A model generated the notes under the pieces. The model was not told the DNA's origin. It made no database searches and was given only the letters and a program-made list of their open reading frames with translations. From NCBI GenBank assembly GCA_012522435.1, contig JAAYKK010000055.1:2327-66326 (forward strand): DNA of 64,000 nt, written 5' to 3'. Shown piece after piece: positions 1 to 9,219 of the stretch. A program made the position numbers and the translations under genes. How positions within the stretch are numbered: the stretch's first letter is position 1; each line of letters begins with the position of its first letter. The DNA is from Clostridiaceae bacterium. GTDB taxonomy: Bacteria > Bacillota > Clostridia > Saccharofermentanales > DTU023.

Positions 1-56
1 ATTTTTATCACATATATATTTAAAAAAGAAATAATAATCGACAAGAGGAGAATTTT

Positions 57-1724
57 ATGTCGTCATCCAAACTCAAGGGTAAGACCAAGAGAGATTTAGT
101 AGAAATTGCTCATATTTCAGGCTTGCTCACACCGACAGAAACTAGGCGCATGACTAAAGCGCAAATACTGGATTTTTTACAACAAGTTGAGGAAGAAAAT
201 GAAATAGAGGATAGTCAAACAGAAGAGGATCAAGAGTCATCTGATGCGGACGATTATTCAGAATCTGAAGAACTTGAAATTGAACTTCCACCTGAACCTG
301 ATTCAAAATCTGATAATGAGAAGGAGCTTGAACAAGCCGAGTCTGAAGATCAGAAAACTGATAAGGAAACAAAATCTCAGACTAAAAAGCGGACCAGAGC
401 TCGCAAAACTAAAGCGACCGAGAAAAAAGTTATTCAATTAACCGCTGATCCGTCTGAAACTGAATCTGATCCAGATACAGATAATTCAAAACCCGAATCT
501 ACTAAGGGAAAATCAAAAGACAAAAAAGAAAAAGAAGAATTAGAAGTAGTTTCCGGTATTCTTGAAATAATGCCTGATAATTATGGTTTTTTAAGAGTAG
601 AGAACTATTTGCAAAGCAATCAAGATATTTATGTCCCGCCTCAATTTATCAGACGCTTTCATTTAAGAAACGGTGATAAAATTAAAGGACCTGCAAAAGT
701 ACAGCGTGATGCTGATCGATATCGGGCATTAACTTATATTGATTCAGTCAATGATTTATCTCCTGATCAGATTATTAAACGTCCGTCTTTTGATCGCTTA
801 ACTCCGATCTATCCTGATGAAAGATATACTTTGGAGACTTTAAGTAAAGAACTTTCAACCAGAATGATCGATCTGGTTTCTCCAATTGGAAAGGGTCAAA
901 GAGGCATGATCGTGTCTCCTCCTAAAGCAGGAAAAACTATTCTGTTACAAAAGATAGCGAATGCAATCAGCATCAACAATCCGCAAACCAAATTATTTGT
1001 ACTTTTAATTGATGAACGTCCGGAAGAAGTTACGGATATGCAAAGGTCGATTGACGGTGAAGTTGTCTATTCAACATTTGATAAGACGCCGGAAAATCAT
1101 GTTAAAGTTACGGAACTCGTTTTAGAACGAGCAATGCGTTTGGTGGAAATGGGAGAAGATGTTGTAATTTTACTCGATAGTATTACCCGCATGTCCAGAG
1201 CCTATAACTTGACGATCAACCCAACCGGCAGAACACTGTCCGGTGGATTGGATCCCGGTGCATTATATGGTCCCAAAAGATTTTTCGGGGCTGCCAGGAA
1301 TATAGAAAATGGCGGAAGCCTCACGATTATCGCTACAGCACTGGTTGAGACAGGCTCTAGAATGGATGAAGTAATTTTTGAGGAATTTAAGGGCACGGGT
1401 AATATGGAAGTTTATCTAGACCGTAAATTAGCCGAAAAACGAATTTTCCCTGCAATAGATCTCAACCGTTCAAGTACCAGAAGAGAAGAATTGTTGATGA
1501 GAACTCAAGAACTGAATACGGTTTGGGCAATGCGCAAAGCATTCTCTTCCTTGGAGACTGCAGCAGTTACCGAAACGATGATCAGTTTATTACTCAAAAC
1601 AAAAAATAATGAACAATTTACCAATTCGATTAGCGTATCACTTAAAGATCAGGATTTGTTTGAAGCAATGCGTGGTTCTATCTCCAATGTTAGTGATAAC
1701 AATGGCAACAACTATGATAAATAA
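57..1724 (+). CDS. rho: Transcription termination factor Rho with a long charged N-terminal insertion
   Basis: 555-aa ORF behind a GAGGAG SD. Rho_N-like helix ([14 protein letters not shown]), CSD-type RNA-binding segment ([15 protein letters not shown]), Walker A PPKAGKT and RecA-like core ([19 protein letters not shown]). Residues ~45-165 are D/E/S/K-rich. Confidence 0.95.
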   Translation: MSSSKLKGKTKRDLVEIAHISGLLTPTETRRMTKAQILDFLQQVEEENEIEDSQTEEDQESSDADDYSESEELEIELPPEPDSKSDNEKELEQAESEDQKTDKETKSQTKKRTRARKTKATEKKVIQLTADPSETESDPDTDNSKPESTKGKSKDKKEKEELEVVSGILEIMPDNYGFLRVENYLQSNQDIYVPPQFIRRFHLRNGDKIKGPAKVQRDADRYRALTYIDSVNDLSPDQIIKRPSFDRLTPIYPDERYTLETLSKELSTRMIDLVSPIGKGQRGMIVSPPKAGKTILLQKIANAISINNPQTKLFVLLIDERPEEVTDMQRSIDGEVVYSTFDKTPENHVKVTELVLERAMRLVEMGEDVVILLDSITRMSRAYNLTINPTGRTLSGGLDPGALYGPKRFFGAARNIENGGSLTIIATALVETGSRMDEVIFEEFKGTGNMEVYLDRKLAEKRIFPAIDLNRSSTRREELLMRTQELNTVWAMRKAFSSLETAAVTETMISLLLKTKNNEQFTNSISVSLKDQDLFEAMRGSISNVSDNNGNNYDK

Positions 1725-1762
1725 CAAGTCTCGAAATTGTAAATAAATCGAGGTAATAATAG

Positions 1763-2770
1763 ATGAATAACAAAGATATCTATCTTGCTGCAGGTTGTTT
1801 TTGGGGAGTTGAAGCATACTTTCAAAAAATTGCAGGTATTGTTGATACAAAAGTCGGTTATGCTAATAGTCAAATAAATAACCCATCTTATCGCATGGTC
1901 TGTAGTGGAGATACCGGTGCAGTAGAAGCATGCCGCATCACTTATGATATTACAAAAATTAGTTTATCTGAGATTCTTGCCCATTATTTTAGAATTGTAG
2001 ATCCAACTTCAAGAAATCGTCAAGGCAATGATGTCGGAACACAATATAGACCCGGTATTTATTATGAAAATCAAGAAGATTTCGAACTTGTCTGTGACTA
2101 CATTGATGCCAGAAGAAAAGACTATGCTCAAGGTATTGTAATTGAGGTATTACCGTTGAGCAATTTTTATCAAGCAGAAGCGGAACATCAAGATTATTTA
2201 TTGAACAATCCGGGTGGCTATTGCCATATTGATCTTAGTTTAGCTGAAAAGCCTTTAGCTGATGCGGAGCTGCCAAATTTAAACTCTGATACTAGCACTA
2301 AAGAGATAGAGATAAACTATGTAAAGCCTGATCAGGCCGAACTGAAAGCCAGACTAACTGAAGAGCAATACACGGTCACTCAATTATCCGGGACAGAACG
2401 TCCTTTTAACAATGAATTCGACCAACATTTTGAACCCGGAATTTATGTAGACATAGTGAGTGGGGAGCCATTATTCAGCTCTGCTGCTAAATATGATTCC
2501 GGTTGCGGTTGGCCAGCTTTTTCTAAACCTATTGTTAAAGAAAATATCTCCTATCGGGATGATTATAGTTTTAATAGGCATAGGGTAGAAGTGCGAAGTG
2601 AGCATGCAGATTCGCATTTAGGTCATGTCTTTGAAGATGGCCCACTTGAAACGGGGGGACTTAGATACTGTATCAACAGTGCTGCTTTACGTTTTATTCC
2701 TTTAAAAGAAATGGAAGAACAAGGTTATGTTGCATATATAAAGTTTGTTGAAAAGCCGTCTGATGAGTAA
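1763..2770 (+). CDS. msrAB: Bifunctional peptide methionine sulfoxide reductase MsrA/MsrB fusion
   Basis: N-terminal [10 protein letters not shown] (MsrA active site). C-terminal GCGWPAF and RYCINS (MsrB). Confidence 0.93.
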   Translation: MNNKDIYLAAGCFWGVEAYFQKIAGIVDTKVGYANSQINNPSYRMVCSGDTGAVEACRITYDITKISLSEILAHYFRIVDPTSRNRQGNDVGTQYRPGIYYENQEDFELVCDYIDARRKDYAQGIVIEVLPLSNFYQAEAEHQDYLLNNPGGYCHIDLSLAEKPLADAELPNLNSDTSTKEIEINYVKPDQAELKARLTEEQYTVTQLSGTERPFNNEFDQHFEPGIYVDIVSGEPLFSSAAKYDSGCGWPAFSKPIVKENISYRDDYSFNRHRVEVRSEHADSHLGHVFEDGPLETGGLRYCINSAALRFIPLKEMEEQGYVAYIKFVEKPSDE

Positions 2771-2800
2771 CATAGACTGATAATTAATTAATAATCAATA

Positions 2801-2826
2801 AAAAAACGCCAAATGGCGTTTTTTTG
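2801..2826. terminator. Bidirectional intrinsic terminator between convergent msrAB and secG
   Basis: AAAAAACGCC-AAAT-GGCGTTTTTT: GC-rich stem flanked by an A-run and a T-run. Confidence 0.8.
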
Positions 2827-2853
2827 TTTAGCTAATTAAGTTACAAAAATTAA

Positions 2854-3096
2854 TTATTTTGTCAATAAATAAAGAACTACAGTCAAAATAGCAAAAAGAA
2901 TAGCGAAAATTGCAGTCAATCTCTTTTGAAAATGTTCTTTAGATCTTGCCTGACCGCTTCCGAAAAAAGTATCTGATCCACCTTCGATGGAGCTTCCCAT
3001 ACCCTGGGAACTACCTTCTTGTGAAATTACCAATACTACTAAAGCCAAAGCTATGATCATATCAACTACAGCAATTATTATTGTGAGCACACCCAT
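2854..3096 (-). CDS. secG: Preprotein translocase subunit SecG
   Basis: 80-aa protein with two hydrophobic helices separated by a G/S-rich loop (GSSQGMGSSIEGGSDTFFG), the typical SecG layout. Confidence 0.8.
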   Translation of the reverse strand: MGVLTIIIAVVDMIIALALVVLVISQEGSSQGMGSSIEGGSDTFFGSGQARSKEHFQKRLTAIFAILFAILTVVLYLLTK

Positions 3097-3238
3097 TGAA
3101 AACTCCTAAATGTATAATAATATATGTTACGATTAAAATTTATTCTTCTAATTTCTTTTTAGTCTAATCACAACAAAAGAAATTTTTTAGTCACATCAAA
3201 GTATTATAAGGATAATTATCAATCGATGCAAGTAAAAC

Positions 3239-3622
3239 CTAAAATTTGTCTACACCTTTTTGGCTTTCTACCAAATTGTGTGCTTCTTCTAATGTACTGC
3301 CGGCTTCGATTGCTGAAGCTGCTACAATTGCACCTTCTACCATGGGAGAATTCATCATAATATAATTATCATTGGGATCAATCTCCAATGCCATTTCTGT
3401 ACTCATTACAGCACTACCGAGATCCATAAAAATTAATACACCGTCTCCTTGATCAGCTTCTTTCAAAGATGTATATATTCTTTCGACATCTGTACCGGCA
3501 CTACCATCTGATAAACCGCCAACTGCAACTATAGGTACTGAAGGCGCAACTAATCCGGCAAGATCTTTTACTCCATCAGCTAGACTTTGGACATGTGAAA
3601 CAAGTAATATACCAACCATCAT
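3239..3622 (-). CDS. dhaM: Dihydroxyacetone kinase phosphotransfer subunit DhaM (EIIA-Man-like)
   Basis: 127 aa. N-terminal MVGILLVSHVQSLADG with the phospho-His context. Lies directly downstream of dhaK-dhaL. Confidence 0.85.
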   Translation of the reverse strand: MMVGILLVSHVQSLADGVKDLAGLVAPSVPIVAVGGLSDGSAGTDVERIYTSLKEADQGDGVLIFMDLGSAVMSTEMALEIDPNDNYIMMNSPMVEGAIVAASAIEAGSTLEEAHNLVESQKGVDKF

Positions 3623-3639
3623 TTATTCCAATCTTATTC

Positions 3640-4269
3640 TTAATTAACAATTTCAGCGATTGAACGTAACAAGATTAAAGCAGAGGCTGCACCCGGATCC
3701 ATATGTCCGATACTACGTTCACCGATATAACTTGCTCGGCCTTTAGTAGCTTTGATTGTTTTTGTATACTCGGCACCTTCCTCGCCGGCTTTTAACATTG
3801 CATCAATTGCTTGTTCAGAATTTTTACCTTCGACAATTGCATTCTCTAACGCTTCTTTGGCCGGAAATAAAGTATCAAGTATGGTTTTTTCACCTTGAAC
3901 AGCTTTACCTCTTAGTTGAATTCCGCCGATCGCTGCATCTAATAAACCGGGTAAATCAGTCAACACAATCTCTTCTTTTCCTTTAAGTGTATCACTTGCT
4001 TTCATAAAAGCAGTGCCGTATAAAGGACCTGAAGCTCCGCCAACTTTGAAAGCCAGAGTCATACCCGTTGTCCTCAAGATTCCCGAGATATCTTGTTCTT
4101 TCATTTCGTCCATCTTTTTCATAACTTCCTGAAATCCACGGTCCATGTTGATACCATGATCACCGTCTCCTATTTCACGATCAAGATCAGACAAATATGA
4201 TCGATTTTCACCGATATTCTTTTGCATATTTTCAATTATGCTCAGTAATGTTTCATTATTAACGCTCAT
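3640..4269 (-). CDS. dhaL: Dihydroxyacetone kinase ADP-binding subunit DhaL
   Basis: 209 aa. DLDREIGDGDHGINM motif (Dak2 domain). Confidence 0.9.
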   Translation of the reverse strand: MSVNNETLLSIIENMQKNIGENRSYLSDLDREIGDGDHGINMDRGFQEVMKKMDEMKEQDISGILRTTGMTLAFKVGGASGPLYGTAFMKASDTLKGKEEIVLTDLPGLLDAAIGGIQLRGKAVQGEKTILDTLFPAKEALENAIVEGKNSEQAIDAMLKAGEEGAEYTKTIKATKGRASYIGERSIGHMDPGAASALILLRSIAEIVN

Positions 4270-4370
4270 ACTTATTTCCTTATTATTATTTCCTATATTT
4301 GATTATCTTTATGTTCTCTACCGAACGTTTTGATCGATAGAGAACAATACTTATTTGTTAGCTAATAACA

Positions 4371-5363
4371 TTAGAGAACTTTTAAACCCGGAGTGTCCGC
4401 TTTAGCATCCAATAATTCTTTTAGCTCATCATCCAATTTGAGAAGGGTGATCGAAAAACCTGCCATCTCAATTGAAGTCATATATTCTCCGACATAATTT
4501 TCATAAATCTTTATATCTTTAGCTTCTAATACATCTGCCACATGGTTCATTATTATGTAAAGTTCCATTAATGGAGTGGCTCCTGAACCATTAATCATTA
4601 CAGCAACTTCGCTACCGGTATAATCAAGGTCAGCTAATATTTTCTCTAATAAATGGTCCACGATCTCATTTACAGGTTTTATTTTCTCACGATGTGTACC
4701 CGGCTCGCCATGAATTCCAATACCGATTTCCATTTCATCATCTGCTAATTCGAAACCCGGTTTACCATTTGCTGGTACTGTACAGGGAGTTATAGCAACG
4801 CCCATGGAGCGAACTTGATCGCAAACCTTTTGACCTACTCTTTGTACTTTATCAAGAGAAGCACCGGTTTCAGCCATAGCACCGGCAATCTTATGTACAA
4901 AAACTGTACCTGCTATTCCACGTCTGCCGACAGTCCATGTACTGTCTTCAACTGCGACATCATCTTCAACTATTACTTGTTTTACATTAATGCCTTCGCC
5001 TTGGGCCATGTCACTAGCCATTTCAAAGTTCATCACATCGCCTGTATAATTCTTGATAACTAATAATACGCCTTCATCTGTTGCGACTTCTTTGATTGCT
5101 TCATATACAGCATCCGGAGTAGGTGAAGTGAAAACTGCGCCCGGCACAGCGGCATCAAGCATACCGTATCCGACAAAACCGGCATGAGCGGGTTCATGTC
5201 CGCTACCTCCACCACTGACTAATGCAACTTTTCCTTCTTTGGCTTCTTTACGAACCAATACGTGACTATCGTCTACTTTTCTTAGATATTGTGGATAAGC
5301 TTTTATCAGACCTTCGACCATTTCATCTTCGACTTTTTCAACATCATTAATAAATTTTTTCAT
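4371..5363 (-). CDS. dhaK: Dihydroxyacetone kinase subunit DhaK
   Basis: Dak1 domain (SGGGSGHEPAH). I moved the start to the ATG at 5363 (MKKFINDV), which sits behind a GGAGGA SD. The track start at 5387 has no SD. Confidence 0.9.
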   Translation of the reverse strand: MKKFINDVEKVEDEMVEGLIKAYPQYLRKVDDSHVLVRKEAKEGKVALVSGGGSGHEPAHAGFVGYGMLDAAVPGAVFTSPTPDAVYEAIKEVATDEGVLLVIKNYTGDVMNFEMASDMAQGEGINVKQVIVEDDVAVEDSTWTVGRRGIAGTVFVHKIAGAMAETGASLDKVQRVGQKVCDQVRSMGVAITPCTVPANGKPGFELADDEMEIGIGIHGEPGTHREKIKPVNEIVDHLLEKILADLDYTGSEVAVMINGSGATPLMELYIIMNHVADVLEAKDIKIYENYVGEYMTSIEMAGFSITLLKLDDELKELLDAKADTPGLKVL

Positions 5364-5472
5364 GTTAATCCTCCTACAAATTTCCATGATTGAATAATAT
5401 TCTAATAATTTCTCACATAAATACTTTAATGTTTAAAGCGGAACTGTACCTCCTTAAGAGTCCTATCCAATA

Positions 5473-5503
5473 TATAGGAAAACGGGATTTTCGACTTCCT
5501 ATA
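5473..5503 (-). promoter_or_regulatory. 8-bp inverted repeat (TATAGGAA-N15-TTCCTATA) in the dha leader: operator or leader hairpin
   Basis: Perfect arms at 5473-5480 and 5496-5503. They lie between a TGnTAGAAT-type -10 element and the dhaK SD on the minus strand. Confidence 0.35.
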
Positions 5504-5685
5504 GACCTATCGTGATTAATATAAATAAGATTAAGTTCATTCTAACATATATTAATTTTGATTATTATAAAGAACTGTAATCTATAGTAAATAATATTAT
5601 TTTATTCAAAAAGTCTTAAGCTTTTTTGTTAGTTTTTCAATTATTAATTGAAGGGAAAATTCAAATGAATAATAGCAAAAAAGAT

Positions 5686-5714
5686 TTGACAATAATATTT
5701 GCCTCTGCTACTAT
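5686..5714 (+). promoter_or_regulatory. Sigma-A promoter of the tRNA cluster
   Basis: TTGACA (5686-5691), 17-nt spacer, TACTAT (5709-5714). A-rich upstream tract. About 30 nt upstream of tRNA-Asp. Confidence 0.75.
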
Positions 5715-5744
5715 GTTCAAGCATTCAAAATGAATGTTTGATTT

Positions 5745-5821
5745 GGCGCAGTAGTTCAGTTGGTTAGAATGCCAGCCTGTCACGCTGGAGGTCGAGGGTT
5801 CGAGTCCCTTCTGCGTCGCCA
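5745..5821 (+). tRNA. tRNA-Asp (GTC)
   Basis: Cloverleaf read by hand: acceptor GGCGCAG/CTGCGTC, anticodon stem CCAGC/GCTGG with loop CTGTCAC, T-arm GAGGGTTCGAGTCCCTT, encoded CCA. Confidence 0.95.
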
Positions 5822-5830
5822 TAATATATC

Positions 5831-5863
5831 CGGTCATTTTTATGAATGACCGGTTTATATTTT
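5831..5863 (+). other. 9-bp hairpin plus T-rich tract between tRNA-Asp and tRNA-Phe
   Basis: CCGGTCATT-ttatg-AATGACCGG followed by TTTATATTTT. Confidence 0.4.
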
Positions 5864-5865
5864 AA

Positions 5866-5941
5866 GCCTGGTTAGCTCAGTCGGTAGAGCAGGGGACTGA
5901 AAATCCCCGTGTCGTTGGTTCGATTCCGACACCAGGCACCA
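5866..5941 (+). tRNA. tRNA-Phe (GAA)
   Basis: Acceptor GCCTGGT/ACCAGGC, anticodon stem GGGGA/TCCCC with loop CTGAAAA, T-arm GTTGGTTCGATTCCGAC, encoded CCA. Confidence 0.95.
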
Positions 5942-5945
5942 GTAT

Positions 5946-6021
5946 GGGAGTTTAGCTCAGCTGGGAGAGCACCTGCCTTACAAGCAGGGGGTCACAGGTT
6001 CAAGTCCTGTAACTCCCACCA
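5946..6021 (+). tRNA. tRNA-Val (TAC)
   Basis: Acceptor GGGAGTT/AACTCCC, anticodon stem CCTGC/GCAGG with loop CTTACAA, T-arm ACAGGTTCAAGTCCTGT, encoded CCA. Confidence 0.95.
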
Positions 6022-6026
6022 TTAGA

Positions 6027-6061
6027 AAAGCACTGATACTAAAGGGTTTCAGTGCTTTTTT
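6027..6061 (+). terminator. Intrinsic terminator after the tRNA cluster
   Basis: AAAGCACTGA-12 nt loop-TCAGTGCTTTTTT. The upstream A-run means it can partly serve the convergent deacetylase gene as well. Confidence 0.85.
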
Positions 6062-6089
6062 AATTTTGTGATTATAATAACAATCTGAA

Positions 6090-7094
6090 TCAACGCCCCA
6101 ATTCATCGGCTGGTGAAGAGTGACGACCGTGTGGCACAAGGTCAACTCCGTAAATATGATAGAGTTCACTAACTGTGACAAATCGATAACCCTGTTCATA
6201 CAGTTTAGGAAGAGTTTGTTCCAAAGCAGCGAGAGTTTCGGGATACATGGAATGCATCAGCACGACCGAACCAGGTAAAGTTTCTTCTAGTCTTTCACTT
6301 ATCTGTTCAGCATCTTGAGTAAGCCAGTCGATTGTATCATGATCCCAGATCATAATCGGATACGGCAAAGCTGCTAACACCTGTTCATTATAAGATCCGT
6401 AGGGTGGTCTGATCAGAGTGGGCACAACCCCGGTATATTCTTGAATTTTTGCATTAGTTAGATTGATTTCTGCCATAATTTGATCGTAATTTAATTTTGC
6501 CAAATCTGCATGAGAGAATGAATGATTGCCAAGTTCAGAGCCTTGTTCTATCACGGCTTTAATAGTTTCGAAATCGCCATCGATTCTACTCCCAAGGACA
6601 AAAAATGTTGCATGACCATCATGTTCGGTTAACAAATCCAAGACCTTAAGATCAATGTCATGATAAGGACCGTCATCAAAAGTTAAAGCAATGTATTTAT
6701 AGTCATCGTTTTGAGGACTATTTTGTTCAGTCTCGCTAGAAGTAGTTTCTTCAGATGTGGATTTTATGGATTTAGTTTCTATTGTATCGTTGGTAGAGGC
6801 TTCTTGAATAATAGTTTTTTCTGACTTTTCAAGTACCGCACTCAGCTCAATTTGAGAAGGCTCTGTCGAATTCTGATTAGACTGTTGCTTTTTATCAGAT
6901 CCGGCTAGACTTATTGTAGCAGCAACTAACTTCTGTTCAGATGTATTATCTGTTGATTTCTGAGCTTTTAATTTGATGCCATGATTTGTTTGATTAGCAA
7001 GTAAATAGGCAAAAATAGTAGCAAATAATAATAACCCTGTAACTATTGTTGCAATAATAACGACTTTATTTGACTTTTTATTCAGATCGGGCAT
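6090..7094 (-). CDS. Membrane-anchored polysaccharide deacetylase (NodB homology domain)
   Basis: N-terminal TM helix and an S/T/Q-rich linker. NodB motifs ALTFDDGP, HSFSH and RPPYG. Confidence 0.88.
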   Translation of the reverse strand: MPDLNKKSNKVVIIATIVTGLLLFATIFAYLLANQTNHGIKLKAQKSTDNTSEQKLVAATISLAGSDKKQQSNQNSTEPSQIELSAVLEKSEKTIIQEASTNDTIETKSIKSTSEETTSSETEQNSPQNDDYKYIALTFDDGPYHDIDLKVLDLLTEHDGHATFFVLGSRIDGDFETIKAVIEQGSELGNHSFSHADLAKLNYDQIMAEINLTNAKIQEYTGVVPTLIRPPYGSYNEQVLAALPYPIMIWDHDTIDWLTQDAEQISERLEETLPGSVVLMHSMYPETLAALEQTLPKLYEQGYRFVTVSELYHIYGVDLVPHGRHSSPADELGR

Positions 7095-7287
7095 GATGTC
7101 ACCTTAAGTTACTTTGTTATAGATAATTTATTTATTTTTCGATGATTTTTATCCCATTTATTAATTTATAAATATATTATACATCTAATGAATATCAATA
7201 TGTTAAAATAAAACCTGCTTAAGATAAAGTAGTTGAATAGCATTTAACATAATTGTAATAATTATGTTTTCGAATAAGGAGAAATTA

Positions 7288-9219
7288 ATGGCAGCTTTAG
7301 TTGGAGTATTACGTCAAAATGGCAAACACGGTATTGTCGAATTGGATCGTAAAGATAGTGAACTGGGTCCCAGAATAAATATACCTCGCAAGTTTTTATA
7401 TGGTGCACCATTTAATATGAAAGTGGTCTGTGACTATAAGGGTACAGATTCTAACGGTGAGCCTTGGGGCTCTGTAGTAGAAGTGTTAGGCGAAGAAGGT
7501 AATCCGGATACTGCGATATTGGGTATTATTAAGTATTACAATCTTCCTTTGCATTTTCCTAAAAAAGTGTTGCAACAAGCAGAATCTTTTAGCAATACAA
7601 TAACAGATAAAGAGATTAAAAAAGAACTTGCTAAGGGGCGTATTGATTTGCGTCATTTGCAGACGCTTACGATTGACGGTGAGGATGCTAAAGATCTTGA
7701 TGATGCAATCGATATTAAAAAACTGACCAATGGCAATTACCTTTTATATGTTCATATTGCAGATGTGTCACATTATGTAAAAGCCGGAACAGAACTCGAT
7801 CAGGAAGCAGCTAAACGAGGCAACAGCGTTTATCTGGTTGACCGTGTTATTCCGATGTACCCTCCGAAATTGTCCAATGGAATTTGCAGTCTTAATCCGG
7901 GTCAAGATCGTTTTGCCTTCACTGTAGAAATGGAAATTGATCAGCAAGGTAAAATTGTTCGAGGAAAGATATATCCCTCAATAATCAACAGTAAGGTTAG
8001 AACATCTTATCTTGAGACGCAAGCTATTTTAGATGGTGAACCGGTTAGTGACGATAGACCGGAATGGTTTGCGGATCAGATTTTTCTGATGCAGGATCTA
8101 ACAGAAATATTGCAGAATATGCGCCAACGTCGAGGAGCTTTGGAATTTGAATTTCCGGAAATAAAAGTTGATCTTGATCCGGAAGGAAATCCAATAAAAA
8201 TATATCCGGAACCGGATCTGTTTACTAACCATATGATTGAATCATTTATGATTGCTGCCAATGAATTTGTAGGAGACTTAGCAGAAAAACATAAGATACC
8301 TGTGATCTACAGGGTTCATGAATTACCGGATCAAGAAAAGTTAAATATATTTGCAGCTTTAGCTAAGCATTTTAATATTCGAGTAGTTATTGACCAGGAA
8401 AATCCCGAACCCAAAGAGCTTGCCAAAGCATTGGAAGAAATGAAAGATGAGCCCTTTGGTGAAACACTTTCCACGATGCTATTGCGCTCACTTGCCAAGG
8501 CACGTTATTCTGAGAAAAATTTAGGGCATTTTGGTTTAGCATCGAAAAATTATTGTCACTTTACTGCACCGATCAGAAGGTATTCTGATACATTTACCCA
8601 TCGCAGCCTGAAAATATGGTTACAAGAGCAAAGCAAAGGTGGCAAGAAAATATTTAAACTGGCACATCAAGTTGGAGATCATGTTTCAGAAACTGAACGA
8701 ATAGCAATTGATGCAGAACGTGATACGGTAGATCAAAAAGCTGCTGAGTATTACGCTGAAAGAATAGGGGAGATTTTTCCCGGTAAAATTTCCGGGTTTG
8801 CACCTGCCAGTATGTTTGTTCAATTAGTAGACACGATGGTAGAGGGAGCTATTTTCTTTCGCACTCTGGCCGGTTATTATGAATACGATCCTGAACAGTT
8901 TATTGCTGTAAATAGAGATACGGGAGATCTTTTGTCTTTAGGGCAAAAGGTTAAAGTTCAAGTTGCTGCGGTAGATATTAATCGACGTTTCATTGATTTT
9001 GCTTTAATTGAACATGAAACCGCAAAAGCTAATGGTAATTCAAAAAATAAGAAAAACCATAACAAGAAAAACAACAAAAATAAAGATCGATCTAGAAACA
9101 GAAATCGGAATAATAAATCACATAAAACAGACAGTTCAGCAAAACATCAGCAACCTCATAAAAGAAGATCGAGTCGCAATAAAGTCAAAAGAAGACGTAA
9201 AGGTAGAAGGAGAAAATAA
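7288..9219 (+). CDS. rnr: Ribonuclease R with a K/R/N-rich C-terminal tail
   Basis: RNB domain motifs (TIDGEDAKDLDDAI, HFGL, YCHFTAPIRRY) and a C-terminal S1-like segment. I moved the start to the ATG at 7288 behind an AAGGAG SD; the track start is 7264. Confidence 0.92.
   Translation: MAALVGVLRQNGKHGIVELDRKDSELGPRINIPRKFLYGAPFNMKVVCDYKGTDSNGEPWGSVVEVLGEEGNPDTAILGIIKYYNLPLHFPKKVLQQAESFSNTITDKEIKKELAKGRIDLRHLQTLTIDGEDAKDLDDAIDIKKLTNGNYLLYVHIADVSHYVKAGTELDQEAAKRGNSVYLVDRVIPMYPPKLSNGICSLNPGQDRFAFTVEMEIDQQGKIVRGKIYPSIINSKVRTSYLETQAILDGEPVSDDRPEWFADQIFLMQDLTEILQNMRQRRGALEFEFPEIKVDLDPEGNPIKIYPEPDLFTNHMIESFMIAANEFVGDLAEKHKIPVIYRVHELPDQEKLNIFAALAKHFNIRVVIDQENPEPKELAKALEEMKDEPFGETLSTMLLRSLAKARYSEKNLGHFGLASKNYCHFTAPIRRYSDTFTHRSLKIWLQEQSKGGKKIFKLAHQVGDHVSETERIAIDAERDTVDQKAAEYYAERIGEIFPGKISGFAPASMFVQLVDTMVEGAIFFRTLAGYYEYDPEQFIAVNRDTGDLLSLGQKVKVQVAAVDINRRFIDFALIEHETAKANGNSKNKKNHNKKNNKNKDRSRNRNRNNKSHKTDSSAKHQQPHKRRSSRNKVKRRRKGRRRK

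Noticed and set aside
3150-3188. AT-rich 10-bp inverted repeat (AATTTCTTTT...AAAAGAAATT) plus TTTT as the dha operon terminator.
   Set aside because: The T-tract follows the hairpin on the plus strand, but the only genes needing termination here are on the minus strand. The stem is almost pure A/T.
5665-5733. 22-codon ORF (MNNSKKDLTIIFASATMFKHSK) upstream of tRNA-Asp.
   Set aside because: It spans the -35 and -10 elements of the tRNA promoter. It is probably not transcribed as mRNA and shows no conserved features.
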